Assembly: GCA_021294815.2 (NCBI GenBank) | Contig: CP095464.1 | Location: forward strand, 390,001 to 422,000 | Length of the DNA stretch: 32,000 bases | Origin: Verrucomicrobiota bacterium | GTDB taxonomy: Bacteria; Verrucomicrobiota; Verrucomicrobiia; Opitutales; LL51 | Direction of reading: 5' to 3' | Part shown: positions 8,322 to 16,727 of the stretch, in pieces | Layout: each line of letters opens with the position of its first letter | Position numbering within the stretch: position 1 is the stretch's first letter | Made by a program: the position numbers and the translations under genes | Notes under the pieces: generated by a model | Database searches by the model: none | What the model was told of the DNA's origin: nothing | Seen by the model: the letters and a program-made list of their open reading frames with translations, nothing else

Positions 8322-9962
8322 ATGAGTTACATCGATTTTAACAATTTATATGAACAGCTTGGCAGTAAGTACGCAGAAGTGCAAAAAGCGGTTACACGTT
8401 GGAGAACTTCATCTGAAACCGTTCAAGCGGGCGAATATGAATTCACGATTACAACACTTCCTGCTTCTGAAGATTTCTGGAGTTCCTCAAAGGTACTCAT
8501 AAGTTCAAAGCCTCTGCAAAAATCTACTATGCAAACTGCGCTGGTTGCCTCAAACCGCAATGAAGTCCAAAAGTTACTGCAGGATCCGGTTCAAGTGAAG
8601 GATATCCTTAAGCTTTTCGCTTTGATCCACTCCGCTGATTGCTCAACCCTTAGAGGGCAGCAGGAAATACTTGGCGCACTCAACGCTCTCAAGTGGACTG
8701 CCTACGAAGACCCAACGACACCGGAAATATTTCGAAAAGTTCTCAAAAAGCAGGCAATTTCAGTACTCCTGCCAAATATAGAACTATTGGAAAGTACATT
8801 CGAACTCATGAACTCAATCGATCCTTTAAAACTAAAGAAGGATGACGTAGCGACAATGACCGCACTCCGTGAGACTGTTGACGATCCTAAAACACCCCTG
8901 TCGCTCAAAGAAGCAGCTAAACAAAAAGTGGTTGATGTTAGCATAGCAATAAATCCTAAAGCAATTGAATGCGATTATGCAATACCTGCGAATATTGTGG
9001 ATAAAATATGCAGCGATAAAAATGGGGCCTATGCGGTTAGGTATAATGCACCCATGGAAGGATTCAGAAGTAAAACTCCAAAAAGATGAAACACGTAGTA
9101 AGGCATTACAGGAAAGTCGGAAAGGAATTGTGGAGTCATTTACTCAATCCAATGGCACAATCGACCAGAACCTTACTGAGAAGATCCAAGCCTATGGAGA
9201 AAAAAATGATCGAGCCACTCATGATGGAAGAAAAAGGCAAATACCCACCATCAATACAGGAATCCTTCCAAACAGAATTAAAAGCCTATGGTCAAAAAGC
9301 CGCCCAAGTACTGCAAGAAGAATTGCAAAACTACAAAGGCGACACTGCATCGCTCGATGATTGCCTCCAAGCTTATGAAAAAAAGATGCGAACATTCATA
9401 AACGAGCTTCTGAAGACCGGGCAATCTTCCTCAACAGTTAATCAAGAGGGAAATTACTTGTATTGTGATATGCCAGTCGATATAGAGGTTATCAAGAGGC
9501 ACGATTATTCCCCGAACGAATTTAATACTGTCGCAGTCGTCAATACATGCTTGCAAGAACCTTTGACCGATAAAACCTTAGATGGTCTCAATGAAGAACT
9601 TAAAAACTCAGAGAACAGCTAACAGATTGCAAAACAAAGGAACAGCTGCAGACAATTGAGGAGCGTTATCAAGAGGTTAATAAGAAATAGAAAACCGCTC
9701 CCAATTTCGCGAACAATGCTTAACAAATTTAGCGACCATGCAGGCTTTCGGACTCCCCGAAGGCGATGATCCATTTAACACCCGAACGACTCCAGCTACG
9801 AAACACCTAACGCAGATGAAGCTTCTGTTTGAAAGGACGGATAAAGAACAAGGAAAATATAGTGCCGAACTTGCCAAAGCCCAAGAAAGACTTGATGCAA
9901 ACAAAGCTGCTCCTCAGCCTCAGGATTCAGCAGCTTTCTCTTCCGCAAACGTTGTTCAATAA
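8322..9962 (+). pseudogene. P4: disrupted paralogue of the P-family orphan repeat protein
   Basis: Family blocks are spread over at least four frames or segments: 8322..9089, part of 8965..9360, 9086..9622, a short segment LREQLTDCKTKEQLQTIEERYQEVNKK*, and 9738..9962. Frame changes lie at about 9060-9070, 9190-9290 (an A7 run at 9200-9206 is one candidate site) and 9600-9740. Confidence 0.7.
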
Positions 9963-10005
9963 CCTTTGACAACATCCCCTCTTTCATTTCCCTCTAAGCA
10001 CGGTT

Positions 10006-10387
<382 letters not shown>

Positions 10388-10489
10388 TATTTTTGTCAGC
10401 GTAATGCTCACTTCCATCCATTCCACAGAAAAATCACCTTCTTCCCAAGAATAAATCTAGAGTCAAAATTTACTTATCTTTTTAAAAAA

Positions 10490-10518
10490 CTTGCATCTTG
10501 TGAAAAACTACTACCCTG
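10490..10518 (+). promoter_or_regulatory. Conserved upstream element of cassette copy 1 (CTTGCATCTTGTGAAAA-N4-CTACCCTG)
   Basis: The 17-mer and the 8-mer recur with identical spacing at 12565-12593, upstream of cassette copy 2. Each is followed by an AAGGAAA Shine-Dalgarno-like sequence and ATG. Function unknown. Confidence 0.35.
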
Positions 10519-10539
10519 CCTCGCTGAAAAGGAAATTTT

Positions 10540-11025
10540 ATGGCTAAAAAAATGAATACTAAAATAAATAAATTGGCGCTCTGCGCGTTGTTGTCGGCGG
10601 GGGGACTGTCTGCAGTGAACGGGGATGACAAAGTTTCGGATTTGCTGGGGAAGGATAGCGTTCAGCTTTTCAATCGATTGCAAACTCCTGAAAGATGTGA
10701 AACAGCACTCAAAAAGGCAGGCAAGTTGCTCGCAAAAGTGAAAAAACAAGAAACGAGGAACGCGCTTACACGCCTCATTGAGAAATTGAATTTTTTGTGT
10801 AATTTTTGGAGCTGGTTCTGCAGTGTCGAACCCGATGAGCTCGATGTTGAGGCAATTTTCTCGGAAGATGTCTCTGGAGATAAGGATCTAAAGAGCGCGG
10901 AAGAATTAATTTTTTTGCGGGACGCCGGCTGGGGAAGACAGGAAGTAAGGGAAGCCAATGAAGACAATGGAGATTGTAAGGACAAATTCGAGAAGCTGCA
11001 GGAAAAGTGTAAAAAGTTCATTTAA
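10540..11025 (+). CDS. small Sec-signal protein (161 aa); cassette copy 1, gene A
   Basis: The N-terminus KINKLALCALLSAGGLSAVNG/DD looks like a signal peptide. It is a paralogue of 12616..13083, sharing FLRD.(G/S)WG and a C-terminal C...C..FI*. The AAGGAAA Shine-Dalgarno-like sequence sits upstream. No known domain. Confidence 0.8.
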   Translation: MAKKMNTKINKLALCALLSAGGLSAVNGDDKVSDLLGKDSVQLFNRLQTPERCETALKKAGKLLAKVKKQETRNALTRLIEKLNFLCNFWSWFCSVEPDELDVEAIFSEDVSGDKDLKSAEELIFLRDAGWGRQEVREANEDNGDCKDKFEKLQEKCKKFI

Positions 11026-11034
11026 TTCCTAGGC

Positions 11035-12516
11035 ATGAAAAGATTCCGGTTTGTTGCATCATTTATGCTTTTCCTCGGGTTGTTCCTTGGAGAAGGTGGT
11101 GAGTGTGACATCTACATCGCGAATGCAGGGGCTGGAAATTGCGCGTTCGTGCGCTTTTCAGCAGGGGATGGTGATGGGAAACAACTCTACCGAGGCCTGT
11201 GGGTTGACTGCGGTTTTGGCAAGAGGGGCTTCTTTCCTAACGGTTTCAGCTCCTCTAAAGAGTGGAATGATGTTGTTGGAGACTACTTTTTTAGAGAGGA
11301 GGGCGTATCGAGGAAAGTAGGAAAAGAAAATGCGATGTTGTGGGTTACGCATTTGCATGATGATCACATCAATGGGATCTTTTCCATCAATAAGAGTGGT
11401 ATGGCAAGGGGGGAAGCGCCTACTAGTAAGGAGATGGCGACGATAAAAAAGGAAGTAGAAGAGCTTGAGAAGGATGAGGATGGAAAAGATGGGGAGTTAG
11501 TAGAGAAGGAGGAGACTAGTGAACTAGAGGAACTAGAGGGGCAGAAAGAAGAAAAAGGGAGAAAGGAGATTGATGTGGGTTCGATTATTGTTGGTATCGG
11601 CGGAAGTAAGGATGGTTTGCCGAAGTCATCAGGTCGAGCGTTGATTAAGACCTCAGAATCGATCAAGGGAATTCTGAAGGATAAAAGTACCGGAAAGGTG
11701 CTAAAGGTCAGAGTTTGGGGAGAAGGAAGTGAAGCATCTGCCAAGTGTGGTGATATATCCAAGGTGGTGGGTAATTTTTGGGGAGATTTCCCTCGTGAGA
11801 ATATCAAGATGGAACCTCTAATCCCTACGGGTGGATATGAACAAGAGCAAGAGAATCTCGAGGCTAATGATACATCGCTGGTTCTAGGGTTGGAGTATTA
11901 TGGGATTAAAGTGCTCTTTCCTGGGGATGCTCCTGGGAAGATGTGCGATTGTCTGAATCCTGATCAGAAAGGCTTTGTTAAGGATGTTGATATCCTTATC
12001 GCACCTCACCATGGGAGCGAAGGGAAAAAGAATAGTTTGTGGTACTCTAGCAACCGAAGGTTTTGCACAATCGTTTCCGGGGACCCAAGTTATAAGGCTT
12101 GGGGTATACCTGGCCTAGCCAATTATGGGGTTAGGAACCATTCAACACGTTTGGAGGCACCAAGAGCCATTTACTATTCCAATGCCCAAAGGAACGAGGT
12201 TTTGAAGAGCGAGATCGAGTTTCCTGTATTTTGCACGTGGGTCGGTATCGAAGATGAAGATGGAAAGGTTGTAGGTGCCCAAAAGTTTGTTGGATATCAT
12301 ATCAAAATAAACAGTAACGGAAACCGAGAGGATGCAGGGAAGATTAAAGTGTTTGAGATTTTATATAATGACAAAGCCAAGGAAAACGAGACGAGGTATC
12401 CTGAAGAAGAGATATATATCGAAAGACTATCCAAGCGTCGGAAGCTAGAGCTATCGGGAACTTCTGTTCTATTCGAGGTCCCTACGGCCACTGGGGGTGG
12501 CAGCGTGGGGCATTAG
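11035..12516 (+). CDS. secreted metallo-beta-lactamase-fold hydrolase, ComEC/Rec2 C-terminal-domain type (493 aa); cassette copy 1, gene B
   Basis: Signal peptide MKRFRFVASFMLFLGLFLG. MBL motifs are present in order: CDIYIANAGAGNC, LWVDCGFG, WVTHLHDDHINGI (HxHxDH), LFPGDAPG, ILIAPHHGSE and FCTIVSGDPS. It starts 9 nt after gene A. Confidence 0.85.
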   Translation: MKRFRFVASFMLFLGLFLGEGGECDIYIANAGAGNCAFVRFSAGDGDGKQLYRGLWVDCGFGKRGFFPNGFSSSKEWNDVVGDYFFREEGVSRKVGKENAMLWVTHLHDDHINGIFSINKSGMARGEAPTSKEMATIKKEVEELEKDEDGKDGELVEKEETSELEELEGQKEEKGRKEIDVGSIIVGIGGSKDGLPKSSGRALIKTSESIKGILKDKSTGKVLKVRVWGEGSEASAKCGDISKVVGNFWGDFPRENIKMEPLIPTGGYEQEQENLEANDTSLVLGLEYYGIKVLFPGDAPGKMCDCLNPDQKGFVKDVDILIAPHHGSEGKKNSLWYSSNRRFCTIVSGDPSYKAWGIPGLANYGVRNHSTRLEAPRAIYYSNAQRNEVLKSEIEFPVFCTWVGIEDEDGKVVGAQKFVGYHIKINSNGNREDAGKIKVFEILYNDKAKENETRYPEEEIYIERLSKRRKLELSGTSVLFEVPTATGGGSVGH

Positions 12517-12564
12517 CCTCCCCCGGGAAAATAACGTAAAAATTCACATGCCTCATTTAAATGA

Positions 12565-12593
12565 CTTGCATCTTGTGAAAAGCCGCTACCCTG
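12565..12593 (+). promoter_or_regulatory. Conserved upstream element of cassette copy 2
   Basis: The same CTTGCATCTTGTGAAAA-N4-CTACCCTG as at 10490-10518. Confidence 0.35.
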
Positions 12594-12615
12594 GGCCGGC
12601 GACAAAGGAAAACTT

Positions 12616-13083
12616 ATGATCAAAATGAATAAATTGGCGCTTTGTGCGTTATTGTTTTCGGGAGTGCTGTCCGCGGTGAACGGAGACCCAGAGGAGGTCA
12701 AGAACCTACTTGGTTTTGATAGCTTCGACCTTTTCAAAGAGCTAAAAACCGGGAGCAAGTGCAACAGTGTGCTCAAGGAGGTTAAGGATTGTCTTGTGAA
12801 GACAGAGGATATAGAAAAAACGGGTCAGCTTCTGTATCTGGCCGGAGAACTGAACTCTTTACGTGAGTTTTGGGCATGGCTTGACGGGGTTGATCCTAAG
12901 ACTCTTAATGTGGAGCAAATTTTTTCAGAAGATGGCCCCGAAGATCAGGATCTGGGAGCTGATAAGAAATTGATTTTCTTGCGCGATGTCAGCTGGGGAG
13001 AGGATGTTGTAGATGAGGGCGGCAATGAAGGCCTAAGAGAAAAATGCGAAGCTCTAAGAACCAAGTGCAGGGGTTTTATTTAA
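12616..13083 (+). CDS. small Sec-signal protein (155 aa); cassette copy 2, gene A
   Basis: Signal peptide MNKLALCALLFSGVLSAVNG/D. Paralogue of 10540..11025. Confidence 0.8.
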   Translation: MIKMNKLALCALLFSGVLSAVNGDPEEVKNLLGFDSFDLFKELKTGSKCNSVLKEVKDCLVKTEDIEKTGQLLYLAGELNSLREFWAWLDGVDPKTLNVEQIFSEDGPEDQDLGADKKLIFLRDVSWGEDVVDEGGNEGLREKCEALRTKCRGFI

Positions 13084-13095
13084 CCCCACGTTGGC

Positions 13096-14412
13096 ATGAA
13101 GAAATTTTGGTCTGTTTTGTCATGCATCGCTGCTCTGCTTGGACTCGTTCCAGGAAGGGGGGATGAGTGTGATATCTACATTGCCAACGCGGGTGCTGGA
13201 AATTGTATTTATGTGCTCTTTTCGGCACAGGACGCCGCCGGGGATCCAGCTAGCCGAGGTCTGTGGGTTGATTGTGGTTTTGGCAAAAGGGGGCTTGTTC
13301 CCGATGGTTGTGCGAACAACGGCTCGTGGGATAAGGTTGTAGAGGACTATTTTTTCTTTGATGGTGCGATATCGCCGTCTTCAAAAGCAAGCAGAAAGGA
13401 TACGATGCTGTGGATTACGCACCTGCACGAAGATCATGTAGAGAGGGTAAACCTGGTCGGTGAATCAAAGCGTCCGGTGAAAGGCAAAAGTGCCAGGTCG
13501 GTGGGCGTTGGTGCTGTCATCGTTGGTGTAGGTGGTGGGAACAATGATTTACCGATGCAAAGCGGTAACGGGAATCTGATTGGGTTCTCAACGCCAATCC
13601 AAGAAATTTTCAATACGGCTCCCCTAAAGGTGAAAGTCTGGGGGACGGGCCATAGTGCGACCGCATCCAGGCAGGCTATAAGGGGAAAGGTTGAGGGATT
13701 CTTAGGGGAGTTCCCTTATAAGGTTGATAGGCGGGAGAATATCAGGTTGAAACCTTTGATTCCTTCAAGTCAGTACAAAGCAACGGAGAAAGGCACGCAC
13801 CAAGTCAATCTTGTAGCTAATGATACATCGCTGGTCCTAGGGTTGGAGTATTATGGTGTTAAGATACTCTTCCCCGGAGACGCGCCAGGGGAAATGCATG
13901 ACTGTCTGAGGAAAGCTGACCGGAAGTTTGTTAAGGATGTCGACATACTCGTTGCACCTCACCATGGGAGTGAGGCGGAGAGGAACGGTTCGTGGTACTC
14001 CAGCAACCGGAGGTTTTGTACGATCATCTCCGGAGACCCGAGTTATTCAAACTGGGGGCTGCCGGTCCTAGCCAGTTACGGTGTCAGGGATAATTCGATA
14101 TATCTTAAGGACAAGAGGTCCATTTACTACTCGAATGCGTTGAAAGAAGTTTGCACCCTTAAAACTCGAGTGCCTGTTTTTTGCACGTGGGTCGGTGTCG
14201 AAGATAAAAATGGAGAGGTTGTAGGTGCTGAAAAGTTTGTCGGGTACCACATCAAAATCAACAGCAAAGGCGGGAGAGAGGATGCGGGGAAGATTAAAGT
14301 GTTTGAGATTTTATATGACGGAGCAAAAGCAGGTAGGGCAAGATATTCAGAAAAGGAGATAAAGATCGTCAGGGAAAAGAAAACAGATCAAAGGAAGTGC
14401 CTGTTACTTTAG
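13096..14412 (+). CDS. secreted metallo-beta-lactamase-fold hydrolase, ComEC-type (438 aa); cassette copy 2, gene B
   Basis: Signal peptide MKKFWSVLSCIAALLGLVPG. Motifs: CDIYIANAGAGNC, WITHLHEDHVERV, LFPGDAPG, ILVAPHHGSE. Paralogue of 11035..12516 but lacks its E/K-rich insert. Confidence 0.85.
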   Translation: MKKFWSVLSCIAALLGLVPGRGDECDIYIANAGAGNCIYVLFSAQDAAGDPASRGLWVDCGFGKRGLVPDGCANNGSWDKVVEDYFFFDGAISPSSKASRKDTMLWITHLHEDHVERVNLVGESKRPVKGKSARSVGVGAVIVGVGGGNNDLPMQSGNGNLIGFSTPIQEIFNTAPLKVKVWGTGHSATASRQAIRGKVEGFLGEFPYKVDRRENIRLKPLIPSSQYKATEKGTHQVNLVANDTSLVLGLEYYGVKILFPGDAPGEMHDCLRKADRKFVKDVDILVAPHHGSEAERNGSWYSSNRRFCTIISGDPSYSNWGLPVLASYGVRDNSIYLKDKRSIYYSNALKEVCTLKTRVPVFCTWVGVEDKNGEVVGAEKFVGYHIKINSKGGREDAGKIKVFEILYDGAKAGRARYSEKEIKIVREKKTDQRKCLLL

Positions 14413-14497
14413 AGAGGGTTGCGATGAGTTTTGCAAAGCTTTCCAGGTTCCGGAGTAGGGCCAGCCTTTCGTCGGGTTTCGCCGTAAAAGACTAAGA

Positions 14498-14517
14498 CGC
14501 GCCTCCGAAGAGGTGCG
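14498..14517. terminator. Hairpin between convergent genes; bidirectional terminator candidate
   Basis: CGCGCCTC-CGAA-GAGGTGCG forms an 8-bp stem with one G.T pair. On the minus strand it is followed by TCTTAGTCTTTTAC. Confidence 0.5.
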
Positions 14518-14545
14518 CTGTTATGAACTTAATATCGTCAAATAA

Positions 14546-15856
14546 CTAAAGATGTGCGATTGCGCTTTCGATATCGAGGAGTGCAATTCTAAGTTTGATG
14601 AAGGCGTCTTCTTGTTCTTGTGTAATGCGTTGTGCATCGACACTCATGAAATCGCGGATTTTTGCGATGTTTTCTTGGATCGTAACACGAGATTCTGCTA
14701 CAGTCTTGGCCATTGTCCAACCTTCGGAAGTGGTACATGGTCCTTTAAGCCCCCCTTCGGTAACACTTGTGGGGACAGCTTCCGTCGCCGAATTCGCTGC
14801 CGTATTGATCGCAGAAAGACAGTCACCAATCTCTGTAGCTGCACTGAGCTCTGCTGCACTGGCTCCGGTCACGAGCGTTTTCACTTCTTCGTACTGTTTC
14901 TTAATGGTGTCACAGTCCGCTTTCGATACAGTAAATGTTAGGTCTTTCACTTTCTCGTTTTTTGTGGCAGCATTTTCAATGGCAGTCATCACGGCTAAAC
15001 GCTTTGCGCCATCGGCAATCCGCCAAATGTAATCAATTGCGGCATAGTTGTAGGCGTCGGGTTTCGTGAGGTCGAGCTTGTAACGCGTATCTGCACCGGC
15101 AATCTCTGCCGCTGTCTTATGGCAATCATCACATTCAAGGACACTACCACAACTAGGACATTCCGTTGTGAGTGTTTGCCCGCTGTCTGAAATTGGAGCG
15201 AAATTCGGTGATAGAACAACTTCGACAACAGTTACCTCGCCTTTCATTACTGCGATGTGAAAAATCGTCCGCCCCAGATAGTCTTCCGAGTTGAGATTGA
15301 TATTCTTTGCCTTTAATAATATGCGCAAAGGGTTGTCGTTATTCGTTGAATTCAGAAGCCAGCTTTCGCCATAGTACTTCGCCGCAAAGAACAATGGCGA
15401 TTCGCCATTCATCGTACGGCGGTTGATGTCGATACGGCCATCGTCGACAATTAATTGCAAACACTTCGCCGAATTGATCGCCGCCGCGTGCGCCGCATTA
15501 TAGCGTAAAATCGTTTCCGCCGTGACGCTCGCATTTGTGTTCTTTAAGATCGAATCCAGTGCATCAGGCAAACTACTGCAAGCCGCCAAAATGATCGCCG
15601 GAAGCCGAAATCCAACAAGTACCTTCGTGTTAGGGGCATTGCCCTTTGCTCCGACTACAGTATTGAGCAAATTATCGAGTTGATCGATGGCATATTCCGT
15701 GCCGCTGTACCAGAAACGCGCCGCTCTCTTTTGATCACTATCCCACGTGCTGATTTGTGGAATGGCGACACTTGGTGTTAGTACGCTGGCGTTGTTTGCA
15801 TTTGAGACATTGAGAGATCCCAATAGTAAAAATGACGCTAAATAACGTTTATCCAT
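14546..15856 (-). CDS. secreted ankyrin-repeat protein (436 aa)
   Basis: Signal peptide MDKRYLASFLLLGSLNVSNA. ANK-like repeats include NGESPLFFAAKYYG...LLKAKNINLNSEDYLGRTIFHIAVMKGEVTVVEVVL. It also has a CxxC-x6-CxxC knuckle (CPSCGSVLECDDC). Confidence 0.8.
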   Translation of the reverse strand: MDKRYLASFLLLGSLNVSNANNASVLTPSVAIPQISTWDSDQKRAARFWYSGTEYAIDQLDNLLNTVVGAKGNAPNTKVLVGFRLPAIILAACSSLPDALDSILKNTNASVTAETILRYNAAHAAAINSAKCLQLIVDDGRIDINRRTMNGESPLFFAAKYYGESWLLNSTNNDNPLRILLKAKNINLNSEDYLGRTIFHIAVMKGEVTVVEVVLSPNFAPISDSGQTLTTECPSCGSVLECDDCHKTAAEIAGADTRYKLDLTKPDAYNYAAIDYIWRIADGAKRLAVMTAIENAATKNEKVKDLTFTVSKADCDTIKKQYEEVKTLVTGASAAELSAATEIGDCLSAINTAANSATEAVPTSVTEGGLKGPCTTSEGWTMAKTVAESRVTIQENIAKIRDFMSVDAQRITQEQEDAFIKLRIALLDIESAIAHL

Positions 15857-15879
15857 CCTATTTCCCTTCCCCTTAAATT

Positions 15880-16593
15880 TTAATTTCCTGACATGATCGG
15901 CTCTCGTACCGTGTTAAATGCATTCTGCAACTCTGTAAATTTGGTGTCATTGGTAATGTTATTGACCGTATTTTTATGTTCTATAATTTTGACCAATAAC
16001 GCTGGTGTCTCGCCGCGTTTGTTAGTCGATTCAAGGTCGAGCTCTTCCCCATAAAGTTCGATAATCTTTCGAGCAGCAACGTAATTCCCCGCCTTAATGG
16101 CGACCATGAGTGCTGTATCGCCCTCCCGATTTTTTCGGTTAATATCAAGACGATTATCCTGCTGCAGGAGCATAATATTTGTCATCTTATTTTCATCAGA
16201 ATTAAGAGCTGCTTCATGCAACGCTGTCCAGCCCAGAGAAGTCTCAAATGGAATGATCATATCATTCGTTCCCTCCAATAAAAGTTGTAGGTAGGTTTTC
16301 GAATCGGTGCCCGACTTAACACTATTGCTTGCAGCCGCAAAGAGCGCAATTGGTAAATAATATCCAAAGTAAACCATCGAATTCGCATCCGTGCTTTTCG
16401 CGAATAAGTTTTTTAAAGTTTCAGACTGGTCGCCCATCAAATCCGTGACCTTGTAAACCGTTTTACCGATTGCGATCCGTGCATCTAAAAGTCGACGATC
16501 ATTCCAACTTTTAAAGCAGGGAACACTTGCCTGTGTGTATGCGGCAAGACCCAATATCACCCCACCGATTGTTATCAGTTTTTTCATACCCAT
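15880..16593 (-). CDS. secreted ankyrin-repeat protein (237 aa)
   Basis: Signal peptide MGMKKLITIGGVILGLAAYTQA. ANK repeats include GWTALHEAALNSDENKMTNIMLLQQDNRLDINRKNREGDTALMVAIKAGNYVAARKII...TNKRGETPALL. Its N-terminal region is paralogous to 14546..15856, and a 23-nt gap to that gene suggests an operon. Confidence 0.85.
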   Translation of the reverse strand: MGMKKLITIGGVILGLAAYTQASVPCFKSWNDRRLLDARIAIGKTVYKVTDLMGDQSETLKNLFAKSTDANSMVYFGYYLPIALFAAASNSVKSGTDSKTYLQLLLEGTNDMIIPFETSLGWTALHEAALNSDENKMTNIMLLQQDNRLDINRKNREGDTALMVAIKAGNYVAARKIIELYGEELDLESTNKRGETPALLVKIIEHKNTVNNITNDTKFTELQNAFNTVREPIMSGN

Positions 16594-16727
16594 CCGGGCC
16601 GGAATTTGTAAATATACTTCAAATTGTCAACACAAAGTTTAATATTTTTTGAAATCGCTCTCTTTGGGTCTACGATTTCTCGATTGATTCAAGTCGATAG
16701 AACACTTTGATCTGAGGTAAAGTTAGC

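Noticed and set aside
1150-9962. Programmed ribosomal frameshifting or stop-codon readthrough as an explanation for the split P1 and P4 ORFs.
   Set aside because: There are multiple lesions of different kinds per gene: an 8-nt indel, single-nt shifts, and TGG to TAG. There is no common slippery motif, and the sites are not shared between paralogues. Pseudogenisation is the simpler reading.
9966-9971. The TTGACA conserved upstream of all three ssrA copies (also at 5938-5943 and 8032-8037) as the ssrA -35 promoter element.
   Set aside because: No acceptable -10 hexamer lies 16-18 nt downstream in any copy. The distance to the mature 5' end varies (25, 34 and 34 nt). The hexamer lies within the conserved gene-end 18-mer, so its conservation may simply reflect the duplication unit.
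10491-10496. TTGCAT in the cassette upstream element as a sigma-54 -12 box, or as a sigma-70 -35 box.
   Set aside because: No GG (-24) element sits at the required spacing in copy 1. No -10-like hexamer lies 17 nt downstream in either copy. I report it only as a conserved element of unknown function.
10388-14545. A classical genomic island integrated at the 3' end of ssrA, to explain the MBL cassettes.
   Set aside because: I found no integrase or recombinase ORF and no direct repeat of the ssrA 3' end (GGTTCGACTCCCGCCACCTCCACC) anywhere downstream in the window. The region may still be accessory, but an att-bounded island is not supported.
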